Assembly (NCBI GenBank): GCA_964486045.1
Contig: CAZALK010000001.1
Location: 264,142-328,141 of the forward strand
DNA: 64,000 nt
Direction: 5' to 3'
Source of the DNA: an uncultured archaeon
GTDB lineage: Archaea > Asgardarchaeota > Lokiarchaeia > Sigyniarchaeales > SOKP01
The translations under genes were made by a program, and so were the position numbers. Position 1 is the stretch's first letter. Each line of letters begins with the position of its first letter. Shown here one piece after another: positions 27,568 through 37,344 of this stretch. The notes under the pieces were generated by a model. That model did not search any database, was not told where the DNA came from, and saw only the letters and a list, made by a program, of their open reading frames with translations.

Positions 27568-30500
27568 ATGAGCTTCAAATCGAATGGTCCGAACCCACAT
27601 CCCAGCCACAAGCCTAAAGCTAAACCCAAACCCCCAAAACCCACCCCTGAAAAAGATTCTAAATCATCCAACCAAAAACTGAACCAAAAGCCTAACCATA
27701 AACCTAATCAAAATACTAAACCACAACCAGGGAAAATTCAACGAACTAAAAAGCAAAAACCAAAACCCAAACCAAATGAAAAAAGTAAAAATAGCATTAA
27801 CCCACCTCCACCAGATATGAATAAGGATGCCAAAAATACCATTACTAACCTCACCTCTCAACCAAATAAAGAACCCATCAAACCCCCTACTAAATCTCCC
27901 CTCGAACCGACTAAGGAATCCAAAAATAGAATTGTACGCCCTGTTTTCAAGCCAAATCAGAATCAAAACTCTAAAAATAGAATCACACGCCCTACTTTCA
28001 AACCGAATCAGAATGAAGGATCTAAAAATATCATTTCACGACTTGCATTCGATCCAAATAAAGTATCCACTAATAAAAATAGAATTGTGAGACCGAAATT
28101 TGACCTAAATGATGAAATTAAAAATAAAATTACTAAGCATACATTTAAGCCAAATGAACAACCTAAAAACAGAATTACTCGGTATAGACTTGACTCAAAT
28201 ACATATGAACGACCTAAAAACAGAATAATTCGATATAAACTTGACCCAAATAAAACTCAACAACCCTTAAATAAAATTACACGGCATACGTTCAACCCGA
28301 ATGAAATTAAGAATGAAATTAAAAATAAAATTACTAGGCACACATTTAATCCAAATGAAGATGCGTCGGATGAGACTCCAGATGAAGACTCTTTTAATCC
28401 AAATGAAAAAACTCCTGAAGAAACCTCAAAGGAAGAAATATTGAGTCCAAATGAAGATGCGTCGGATGAGACTCCAGATGAAGACTCTTTTAATCCAAAT
28501 GAAAAAACTCCTGAAGAAACCTCAAAGGAAGAAATATTGAGTCCAAATGGCGAAGAATCAGATTCTGATTCAGAGCCAAACCTTGACAGAAGTTTCAATC
28601 CGAGTCGTTCAGGGCTTGGAACTGTACTAGTACCAAAAGAGCTCAAAGTGGAATTAGAAATAAAAAATGAGGAAAATACCGATCCAGAACTGGATCCTGA
28701 ATTAAAATCCGAGGCAGAAGCAGAATTAGTGATAGAATTAGAACCAAATGAAGAATATCCTATAGAACCAGAGTTCCCACCTGAAGCTCTTGAAATTATG
28801 AGTGAACTTGAAGAAAGCGGTTTTCCTGTAGAAAATCATCTAAATGATGAAATGGAATATGAATATGGCTTAAACCAAGATACGGAATTTGAACAAAAAA
28901 ACTATGATATTGAGAGTGAGTTAGATCTTGAACTAGAACATCAAATTGAACAAGAATCGGATCATGATACAGATAAATTGGAGTCTTCAACTGTTATAGA
29001 TGAGGAGCAAGAATATCTTCCTGAAGCAAAAATAAGCTTTACACCAAATCAAAAAAATTCAGAACTAGAGCATGAACTAGAACCTGATATAGAACCTAAT
29101 TTAGTTCACAAACAAGTTAAAAAGAAAAAGCGAATAAAATCCAAAGAGCTTGAATTAGAAAAGAAGGAAGTGTTAAAGGAAAGATACCACCAAGAAACAG
29201 GTAAAAGACCATTTTATGCTGAAAAAGAGACTAAAGGCTTTTTGCAATGGTTAGAAAAAAAAAGGAAATTAGAACAAAAGAAACAAATCCAAAAAGAAAT
29301 TAAAAACTCAAAAGAAGACTGGGAGGATCTTTTAGAAAAATGGATTCAACAGGAAAAACAAGAATTAGAGCCAGAATTTTATAGACAACAGCAAGAAGAA
29401 AAGACAAATCAAAAAATGGAACAAACCCAGGAAAAAAAATTGAGTCAAGATCCTTCGCAAAAGAGCCAAAAAGAAATTTCACAAACACCCAAAATAAATA
29501 ATATTAAAAAAATGGAATCAATTAGGGAACAGGATGAGGAAGAAAACGTACAAGAATTTTCCCAGAAAAGAATCTTAGAAATTAAGCATGAAATTGCTCG
29601 AGAAAAAGAACAACCCCAAGAGCAAAGCCAAGAGATCGAACAAGAGATTATTCAAGAAGCTCATCAGATTTTAAAAGAGAGTGGAATTAAAGAAAGATAT
29701 AAAAAAGAGACAGGAAAAAGACCGATATATGCGGGAAAAGAAACTAAAGGATTTATTGAGTGGAAGAAGTGTTTAAAACAACCAAAAGAAGAGCAGGAAG
29801 AAAAAAATAAATTATTACATAAGGATAAAAAAGAAACTAAAGAACAATCAAAAGAAATTCGAGAATCTAAGGAAGAATGGGCACAATATTTAGCAAATAG
29901 CATTAAAGAATCAGGGTTACAAGAAGAAGAAAAGGAAAAGCTTAATAATTTCCTTGAAAAATTTGAGACTCTCAGAGAATTGCTTGAAAAATTAAAAACT
30001 AAAGAAATTTCAGAAGAGGAATTTGAAAAGGAACTAAATAAATTTGAGGACATACTAATTGAGAAAAGATTTATTGCTAGACCATTATTTATGAATTTTG
30101 ATTGGTTTCGCAGGTATTATAACGAAACGATCAGGAAATCTGGGAAAAGAGTAGCTAAGTTTTATATGCCAAAAAAAACCAGAGAATTTATATCCTATAT
30201 TTCTGGAAGAATAGAACAGCTAGAAAAGATAGGAAATCTCCATGAGAGTGCAGAAAAATTTGAAGAATTCCTAGAAAAATCTTTCCAAGTAAGAGAGAAA
30301 TGGGCACTTCTACTGATTAATTTTATTCATGAGGTTCCCAATAAGGAGATCTCTAAAGAAGCTAAAAAGGAGTTAGAAACTGTAATAAAAAGATATTGTG
30401 AAATTAGAGCCATCCTGCTTAACAAAAACATTTTAAAAGAAGATAAAGAAAAACTCATACAAGAATGTATTGAAAAATGTAATCCGAGATTTTTTGAACT

Positions 30501-32697
30501 GTTTGAAATTTTGAAAAGATTTCTTGGAATATATGACAATTATAGTAGAAATTGGATGGAACAAAGTTTAATCTTGGAAGGAAAAAAGACCATCAGGCAA
30601 TTATCTCAAAAACTAGAGAATATCGAGAAAGAGAGTATATTACATCAAATTTTAAATGAAGAAAGGACATCTATTCAAAATTTAAAGGAGATTTTAAAGG
30701 AGAATTTATACAGAAATATAACTTTGAGTTTAAATGAAAAATCAACTATAATAAAAATCATTCGAAAAGATAAGCTAAGTGAAGATAAAACCAAGTTTAT
30801 ATCTGTTTTAAGCAAACTTCCAACAAAAGATTTAATTTCTTTATTAGGAGAGGATTTTAAAAAGCAGGCACACAAAAAAATGTCTCAAAAAAAAAAAAAA
30901 AAAATTATTTGTCCGAATTGTTGTAGTGCTAATAAGATTGTAGATTTAGGAGAAATAATAAAATGCCTTAATTGTAAAAAAAAATTTAAAAAGGTCGATA
31001 TTGAAAATTATTCAGGTGGACCTATTTTGAGTGTTGAAGAAAAAAAATTACAAAAGCAAAATATGGATAATGACAAAATACCTGAGAACCAGTTTGACAT
31101 AAAGGAATTAAGTAAACGTCACTTTATCGAGTTCTTAGAGAATCCATTATTCGGCAGAGTTAATAATTTTGATGTTTCATCTTATCAAACTGAAATTCAA
31201 GAAGAGGATGATATTTTAGAGGATGCTACTGCTGATAGAGATAACATTTCTCATTCTATGGATGTTCAACCAATTTTTAGTACAAAAAAACAGGTAAATT
31301 TGGTCTTAGTTATTAATAATGATCATTGGAAAATCTTAATTGATAAAATAATACATATTTATAATGAATTGGAAGATGAAAAATGGTCAGTATCTATTAC
31401 TCAATCTAAAATTAATATTATAATAAATAAGTTATTTAATATATTAACGAATAATTATAATGGGTTTTCAAACTATGTTGATTTTAACGCAAATTCTAAA
31501 AGGGTTGTTTCTCAATTGATTAAAATGACTCCATTAATTTTAAACCACACAAGCATGAAACTTGGAGATATATATAGATTTAGTGGGCATCCTTCTGCTA
31601 AAAATCTTCCAGATTATTTACGGGAACTTGTAAAACTTTTTTTTGAAACAGACGCATTATATAGAGCAAAATTCAATCTTAAAACAAGAGAAGATTTTTT
31701 TGAGGAGTATAAATTATTGGCAGAAGAAAAAGGCTGGATATTGCTTTCAGAGGAATATATTAATAATAAAATAGGATTAGATTTTAAATGTCTTAAATGT
31801 AATCATGAATGGCATGTACGACCTAATTCTTTAAAAGACACACCATCTCAGAAAGGCCGAGATTGTCCTAAATGTAATAACAGATTAACTTATACAATAG
31901 CAGATATGCAGAAAATTGCTTCAGAACGAGGAGGTTGGTGTCTATCTGAAAATTATGTTAACAATAAAACTCGTTTAAAATGGAAGTGTGGAAAATGTTA
32001 TCATGAATGGTGGGCAACTCCACATAGTATTATGATTAGTGATTCATGGTGTCCTCAATGTGCTGAGGGTTTATATGAACGAATGTGCCGAGTTATGTTT
32101 GAGGAGATTTTTCATAAGGAATTTAAAAAATCTTATCCTTCTTGGTTAATATCAGAACGGGGGTTTCAAATGCATTTAGATGGTGATAATGAGGAATTAG
32201 GTTTATCTTTTGAATATCAGGGAGAACAGCATTATAGGTTTATTAAATTCATACATAAAATAATTGAAAAGTTTCAAGCTCAGCAGAATTTAGATATATG
32301 GAAACAAAACAAATGTACTGAAAATGGCAGAATACTTATTAAAATTGGCTTTGAAATAATAAATGGAAAATTACATAAAATACGGTTCAATGAAATGGAG
32401 GATTACATTCGTAAAAAATGCATTGAACAGGGTATTATACCACCAAATAGAATTTTAAAAATTGATTGGAGAACCCTTGATATCTCACCTCCAGATAAAA
32501 TTCAAGAAATGGTTGAAATAGCTAAATCTAGAAATGGTTTCTGTTTATCTAAAAGATATTTTGGAGTTCATGTAAAATTACATTGGAAGTGTGGAAAATG
32601 TGACTATGATTGGTGGGCAACTCCTAAAAATATTAAAAACGGGCATTGGTGTAAAATTTGTGGCATTCAAAAAATGATTAAAAATCGTAAAAAATAA
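27568..32697 (+). CDS. 1709-aa protein: Pro/Lys-rich repeats, acidic region, helical region, zinc ribbons and C-terminal PD-(D/E)xK-like nuclease
   Basis: KNRIxR repeats; CxxCxHEW..CPxC ribbons; HLDGDNEELGLSFEYQGEQHY. Confidence 0.75.
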   Translation: MSFKSNGPNPHPSHKPKAKPKPPKPTPEKDSKSSNQKLNQKPNHKPNQNTKPQPGKIQRTKKQKPKPKPNEKSKNSINPPPPDMNKDAKNTITNLTSQPNKEPIKPPTKSPLEPTKESKNRIVRPVFKPNQNQNSKNRITRPTFKPNQNEGSKNIISRLAFDPNKVSTNKNRIVRPKFDLNDEIKNKITKHTFKPNEQPKNRITRYRLDSNTYERPKNRIIRYKLDPNKTQQPLNKITRHTFNPNEIKNEIKNKITRHTFNPNEDASDETPDEDSFNPNEKTPEETSKEEILSPNEDASDETPDEDSFNPNEKTPEETSKEEILSPNGEESDSDSEPNLDRSFNPSRSGLGTVLVPKELKVELEIKNEENTDPELDPELKSEAEAELVIELEPNEEYPIEPEFPPEALEIMSELEESGFPVENHLNDEMEYEYGLNQDTEFEQKNYDIESELDLELEHQIEQESDHDTDKLESSTVIDEEQEYLPEAKISFTPNQKNSELEHELEPDIEPNLVHKQVKKKKRIKSKELELEKKEVLKERYHQETGKRPFYAEKETKGFLQWLEKKRKLEQKKQIQKEIKNSKEDWEDLLEKWIQQEKQELEPEFYRQQQEEKTNQKMEQTQEKKLSQDPSQKSQKEISQTPKINNIKKMESIREQDEEENVQEFSQKRILEIKHEIAREKEQPQEQSQEIEQEIIQEAHQILKESGIKERYKKETGKRPIYAGKETKGFIEWKKCLKQPKEEQEEKNKLLHKDKKETKEQSKEIRESKEEWAQYLANSIKESGLQEEEKEKLNNFLEKFETLRELLEKLKTKEISEEEFEKELNKFEDILIEKRFIARPLFMNFDWFRRYYNETIRKSGKRVAKFYMPKKTREFISYISGRIEQLEKIGNLHESAEKFEEFLEKSFQVREKWALLLINFIHEVPNKEISKEAKKELETVIKRYCEIRAILLNKNILKEDKEKLIQECIEKCNPRFFELFEILKRFLGIYDNYSRNWMEQSLILEGKKTIRQLSQKLENIEKESILHQILNEERTSIQNLKEILKENLYRNITLSLNEKSTIIKIIRKDKLSEDKTKFISVLSKLPTKDLISLLGEDFKKQAHKKMSQKKKKKIICPNCCSANKIVDLGEIIKCLNCKKKFKKVDIENYSGGPILSVEEKKLQKQNMDNDKIPENQFDIKELSKRHFIEFLENPLFGRVNNFDVSSYQTEIQEEDDILEDATADRDNISHSMDVQPIFSTKKQVNLVLVINNDHWKILIDKIIHIYNELEDEKWSVSITQSKINIIINKLFNILTNNYNGFSNYVDFNANSKRVVSQLIKMTPLILNHTSMKLGDIYRFSGHPSAKNLPDYLRELVKLFFETDALYRAKFNLKTREDFFEEYKLLAEEKGWILLSEEYINNKIGLDFKCLKCNHEWHVRPNSLKDTPSQKGRDCPKCNNRLTYTIADMQKIASERGGWCLSENYVNNKTRLKWKCGKCYHEWWATPHSIMISDSWCPQCAEGLYERMCRVMFEEIFHKEFKKSYPSWLISERGFQMHLDGDNEELGLSFEYQGEQHYRFIKFIHKIIEKFQAQQNLDIWKQNKCTENGRILIKIGFEIINGKLHKIRFNEMEDYIRKKCIEQGIIPPNRILKIDWRTLDISPPDKIQEMVEIAKSRNGFCLSKRYFGVHVKLHWKCGKCDYDWWATPKNIKNGHWCKICGIQKMIKNRKK
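28350..28549 (+). repeat. Perfect 96-bp coding tandem duplication
   Basis: PNEDASDETPDEDSFNPNEKTPEETSKEEILS x2, identical DNA. Confidence 0.95.
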
Positions 32698-33033
32698 TTT
32701 CCTTTAATCTAGTCATATAAATTTAAATTGAATATAAAAACATATCTTACTTAACAATAAAATTTACCAATAGATTGTTTTGTAACTGCATTTTTTATGC
32801 AAGTGAATTTATACACTACTAATATCTCTACTTAATGATCACAAAACTAATTTTTTAAATTGTGTTGTTATTATAATATTTATATTTATAACGGAATATA
32901 TGAATTAAGATAACCAAAATCTGAAATCTATTGCTTTATATTATTAAGCTTTTTAGTTTGAGAAACTAGTATGGTAAAAAATTAAAAAAGAAGGTTGAGA
33001 TAGAATTAGTATATCAAACCTTTTCATTATTGA

Positions 33034-34482
33034 ATGGTTCTTATGGAAAAAGATCTGCTTAGCAAATTTCTTGAATTAATGTCTTCCAGAATTACAGATT
33101 CTGATCTTGAGTTAACCAAATTGGGTAATTCGTTGGGATTAGACTTAGTGTCTTTCGCAAAATTAAGAGAATCACAACAAGATGGATTTGTAGACGATAT
33201 AAGAGAAAGAGCGTTAAAAAAAATGGAAAAAAATAGGGTCAATTTTCTAGAAAATAATGACTTATTCTACTCTGGAAGTATCGATTTCATGGTATCTGAT
33301 GAACCAGAAGGAAAGAAATTTTTCCTATTAGAAACTAATGGTGGATCTCACAGAGGTATTTCAATTATAACCAAAAAACAACAGTCCCTATTGTATAATG
33401 GGTATCTAGAAGCCATATACCAAGTAGTTAAAAAAAATGAAAGAAAAGACAATAGAGTCTTAATAGTGCTTGGTGTACCTATAAAGGATGCCCTAATTCA
33501 CGAAAAAGTAATTATGGTAGAATATTTCAGAAAAAAATTAAAATCAGAAGGACATAAGGTTAAAATATTCAATAAAGATAACTATAATATTAATTTTAAG
33601 GCTGAAATCATTTTTTTAATAGCAGATTATAGACAACTATCCACTTCTCTCTCTTATTCTGAAAAATGGGTAAAATATAGAGGTGAAAATGTAAGTCTTT
33701 TAATTGGTGATGGGATAGCAAGACGTTTAGATGATGAAAAATTTACTAAGCAAGTAAAAGAAGATATTCTCAAAATTAAAACTAAAATTGTAAATCCTAT
33801 TTATAAGATCACTGATGATAAGTCGTTAACCTACCTCGCGAGTTTCATAAGTAAAGACATATTAAAAAAGTATAACCTCAAATACCTCTTATTTACAAAA
33901 GCTTTTGACGAGAAAGACTTAATTAAAAAATTAAAGTATCTTATAAAAAAGTATAAGCGATCTTTTATTATTAAACCTAGTGGGGGATCTGGGGGTGCGG
34001 GAGTAATTCCTGTGTCTAAAGATGAAAATCCAGCTAATTATAGAGAGATTATCGAGGAAAGTAAGAAAGAATTCTTCGATAAATTCATGAAAAATCGCAA
34101 TCCATATCCTTATACTATACAAGAAAAAGCTAATTTCTCTTTAATAAACTGGAGAGGAGGAAAGCACACTTTTGATGTAAGGATCTACTTAGCTCAAAAT
34201 AAAGGCAAAGTTGTGCCAATAGGAGGGTTAGCAAGAATAGCACGTGGAAATTTTTCTAAGGGGATAGATAAGCAAGAGTTTGTTGTTAACTTATCAGGAT
34301 ATAATGGTCAAATTGAAGTTGAACGCGGGATTGGTTTTTCAAATAAAAACTGTAAACTTTTAAACTTAATTGGGGAAGATTTTGTTAACATGTTTTGTAT
34401 TGGTTGTGTGATTTTTACAAAAATAGTACAATATCATAAAAAAATCATAAATTTCACAGAGTGGGACAAAGTTATTGAATAA
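33034..34482 (+). CDS. Circularly permuted ATP-grasp peptide ligase
   Basis: N-terminal DF...FFLLETNG; IIKPSGGSGGAGV; YTIQE; FDVRIY; VVNLS. Confidence 0.75.
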   Translation: MVLMEKDLLSKFLELMSSRITDSDLELTKLGNSLGLDLVSFAKLRESQQDGFVDDIRERALKKMEKNRVNFLENNDLFYSGSIDFMVSDEPEGKKFFLLETNGGSHRGISIITKKQQSLLYNGYLEAIYQVVKKNERKDNRVLIVLGVPIKDALIHEKVIMVEYFRKKLKSEGHKVKIFNKDNYNINFKAEIIFLIADYRQLSTSLSYSEKWVKYRGENVSLLIGDGIARRLDDEKFTKQVKEDILKIKTKIVNPIYKITDDKSLTYLASFISKDILKKYNLKYLLFTKAFDEKDLIKKLKYLIKKYKRSFIIKPSGGSGGAGVIPVSKDENPANYREIIEESKKEFFDKFMKNRNPYPYTIQEKANFSLINWRGGKHTFDVRIYLAQNKGKVVPIGGLARIARGNFSKGIDKQEFVVNLSGYNGQIEVERGIGFSNKNCKLLNLIGEDFVNMFCIGCVIFTKIVQYHKKIINFTEWDKVIE

Positions 34483-35652
34483 GTGATGATAAACAAAAAA
34501 TATTTAAAAAAATTATTGGATTTAAGTAAAAGGAATATTTTATTTGATAAAATCCTAAAAAAATTAAGAAATTATGCAGATTTAGAAAATATATATTATC
34601 ATGAGTTCAATACCTCTGAAGGAAGAATACCTATTCTAACACTTGCAAAGTCATTGAAACCTGCAGAGATCAGGTATATCAAAATATTTGTAGGTGCTCA
34701 ACATAATGAATTTAATGGCTTGTTTGGGATTATAGAATTTCTCAACTTGATTGAAAAATCCATTATCTCTCTTAATGAAATCTTGGCATCTAATCAAGCT
34801 TTAATTTTGGCCCCTTTAATGAATCCATATGGGTTCTTGCATCCCAGAAAAGATAATAAATCGGGATACTATCTTAAGAATGGAACAAATTTAAATCGGT
34901 TTTGGAGAAAGACTTTCGCTCCGGAGTACAAGAGTGATGAAGAAGGTTTTAATAACCATAGAATTCCGGAACATACTAAAATATTTAAAAAAATACTTGA
35001 TAAATTCTGGAAGAAAGAGGATATTCAAATATATATAATGGATTTTCATGAAACTTCTCTTCTTGAAAGGTTTTCAGAAGAATTAAATAATACCCTGAGA
35101 ACAGATCTAAATACTTTTAAATTCTCTCATTGGCTTAAGGAACGAATGATTTATAATATTATTAAATTATATAATATAAATATTACCCAAACACCCCTTT
35201 TCGGTAAAAGTAATCCAAATGCAGATCATTCTCATATAAATTTGCCAAAAAACCAGCTTGAATTGGTTTGTGACAAGCTCCAAGATCATATCTCTAACAA
35301 TAATGGAAAAATGCAATTCTATTTTTGTTATAGCAATGAAAGTAAGCAATTCTGTAAACGACTTGCCCGAAATATTTATAATAAATTGAAAGAAATATTG
35401 TGGGAAACATGTTATCCTGCATTTAATCATAGTTTTATCAATCATGGTTGTTTTGTCAACATGAATGACGCCATCACGAGAAAAGGAGTTTATTCTATGG
35501 AATTAGAGACTCAAAAACATATTTTTAATATATTTGATGAAATTGAAAAATCAAAAACAGAAATGGATTATTTTGATAAAAAAGTTAAAAAAATGAATAT
35601 GGCCATAAAATTAGTAGTTGAGTCCATTAAGGAGATGTTAATTAGCTTCTGA
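34483..35652 (+). CDS. M14-family zinc carboxypeptidase (AstE/AspA-like)
   Basis: GAQHNE, MNPYG, NLNR, DFHE, C-terminal ELET. Confidence 0.8.
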   Translation: MMINKKYLKKLLDLSKRNILFDKILKKLRNYADLENIYYHEFNTSEGRIPILTLAKSLKPAEIRYIKIFVGAQHNEFNGLFGIIEFLNLIEKSIISLNEILASNQALILAPLMNPYGFLHPRKDNKSGYYLKNGTNLNRFWRKTFAPEYKSDEEGFNNHRIPEHTKIFKKILDKFWKKEDIQIYIMDFHETSLLERFSEELNNTLRTDLNTFKFSHWLKERMIYNIIKLYNINITQTPLFGKSNPNADHSHINLPKNQLELVCDKLQDHISNNNGKMQFYFCYSNESKQFCKRLARNIYNKLKEILWETCYPAFNHSFINHGCFVNMNDAITRKGVYSMELETQKHIFNIFDEIEKSKTEMDYFDKKVKKMNMAIKLVVESIKEMLISF

Positions 35653-35718
35653 TTTTTCCCTCTTTTTAGGCTATTAAATATTTAAACTGAATATAATTCC
35701 TTCAAACATTGTCTGCCA

Positions 35719-36717
35719 CTAAGAATTTAAGAAAGAGAGTGTTGCCCCTACTAGTGCACATTCGTTTTTTTTGTGAGAATGTCCACCTTTTTTTAAAATT
35801 AACAAATTTTCAGTTGGGGATTCTAAAACCTTCGCGTTTTCCTTAAAATTTATAAATTTTATGACCCTATCATTTTTGCTATGTATCAACATAACTCTTT
35901 TTGAAAATTTCTCCCATTTTTCAGGGGAAAAATTGCTTTTTGTATTTTCAATAATCAAATAAGGAGAAAGTTTTTCATTTTCTTCGGAAGTTGGAAATAG
36001 TCTTACACCCTTCATTAAATAGCTTATTATAACTATTAGATTGAATTTCGGAAGATTTTGTTTATAATGAGACATTGATGAGATAGCTATAATTTTCTCT
36101 ATATCAATATTCTGAAACCCGGCACATAATATAGTCAATGCTCCTATACTGAATCCTATGCTGTTTAGTGTAAAATTTGAATATTCTTTATTAGATTTTA
36201 TCCATTTGACTACAGAATTAAAATCTTCAACCCGTTTAAGAAAATCGCCTCGTTTTCCTAACTTTTTCGATTCACCCGTCCCTCTAGCGTCATAAACTAA
36301 AATGACATAACCTTGGAAAGCTAAAGGATAATAGTAATATTGAAGAGTTTCTTTTGTGTCTGAAAAACCATGGCAAATTACTATTATAGAATTCCTAGAT
36401 TTAACTCGCTCTAGATTCTTATTCTTTATTAATATAGCTGACAAAAACCCATCAGGAGTTCTAATTTTTGTATCTATTTCATCTAATGACTTAAGAGAAA
36501 GGCCCAACCAGCGATCATACCAAAGATCTCTAATTGACCAATAAATTTCAAAAGGAGTGTATATTATCAAAAATGTTGTTAACGATAACAGGAAACATCT
36601 AGTAAATGCTACTGATTCACATGGATTTCCTAGCCAAATGTTCACTCGAAATATGAACCAACTAAATATACCATCAAAAATTATTAAAATAAGACGTTTT
36701 ATATTGTTTGATATCAT
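35719..36717 (-). CDS. Membrane-anchored alpha/beta hydrolase
   Basis: N-terminal hydrophobic helices; HGF, YDARGTGES, GFSIG, D and GGH. Confidence 0.88.
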   Translation of the reverse strand: MISNNIKRLILIIFDGIFSWFIFRVNIWLGNPCESVAFTRCFLLSLTTFLIIYTPFEIYWSIRDLWYDRWLGLSLKSLDEIDTKIRTPDGFLSAILIKNKNLERVKSRNSIIVICHGFSDTKETLQYYYYPLAFQGYVILVYDARGTGESKKLGKRGDFLKRVEDFNSVVKWIKSNKEYSNFTLNSIGFSIGALTILCAGFQNIDIEKIIAISSMSHYKQNLPKFNLIVIISYLMKGVRLFPTSEENEKLSPYLIIENTKSNFSPEKWEKFSKRVMLIHSKNDRVIKFINFKENAKVLESPTENLLILKKGGHSHKKNECALVGATLSFLNS

Positions 36718-36855
36718 GTTTTTTCATTATAGTAATGTTCGATTAATAGAAAAAGAAGATTAAAATATTGCAAGTTAATCTACTTTGACTTATGAAATAA
36801 GGTTCTATGACATAAGAAATAATCATCTGCTCATCTAGTTTTGATAAAGTTTCGT

Positions 36856-37185
36856 TTATAGTTTTGCCTTATTTGGAGGACATCCAAAATCAACTCTTAC
36901 TTTACAATCTCGTTTAGTAGAACTGCCTTTACACGGTGCGCATTTAACTTTTCTCATTAGAGTTTCTATTTCATCTATTTCATAACCTAATGATTCCTCC
37001 TCCGTTTCATCCACCAACATGTCATCTTTAATCTTATCAAGATCATAATCAACATCGTCTTCCAAATTATCTTTCCAATCTTCTAAATCTAAAATCTCGT
37101 CACCATCTTCATCTACTTTTCCTTTTGGGATTTCGAGATCTTCTTCTTCGACTGGAGTGCTCTTTTTTTTAGCCATGGTTTTCAC
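36856..37185 (-). CDS. Small acidic protein with Cys-rich C-terminus
   Basis: D/E-rich; CAPC...C...C. Confidence 0.6.
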   Translation of the reverse strand: MKTMAKKKSTPVEEEDLEIPKGKVDEDGDEILDLEDWKDNLEDDVDYDLDKIKDDMLVDETEEESLGYEIDEIETLMRKVKCAPCKGSSTKRDCKVRVDFGCPPNKAKL

Positions 37186-37344
37186 CTATATCAGACTTTC
37201 TTTTTTATTATTGAAACTTTTTAAAATATAATCTTTGCTAAAATTTAATTTTAATACTATTTATCTATTAAAATCTAAAAAACTTTAGATTACCTTTAAT
37301 AAAGATGGTATGAATATCATGATTTATCATGGTTTAACGTATTG

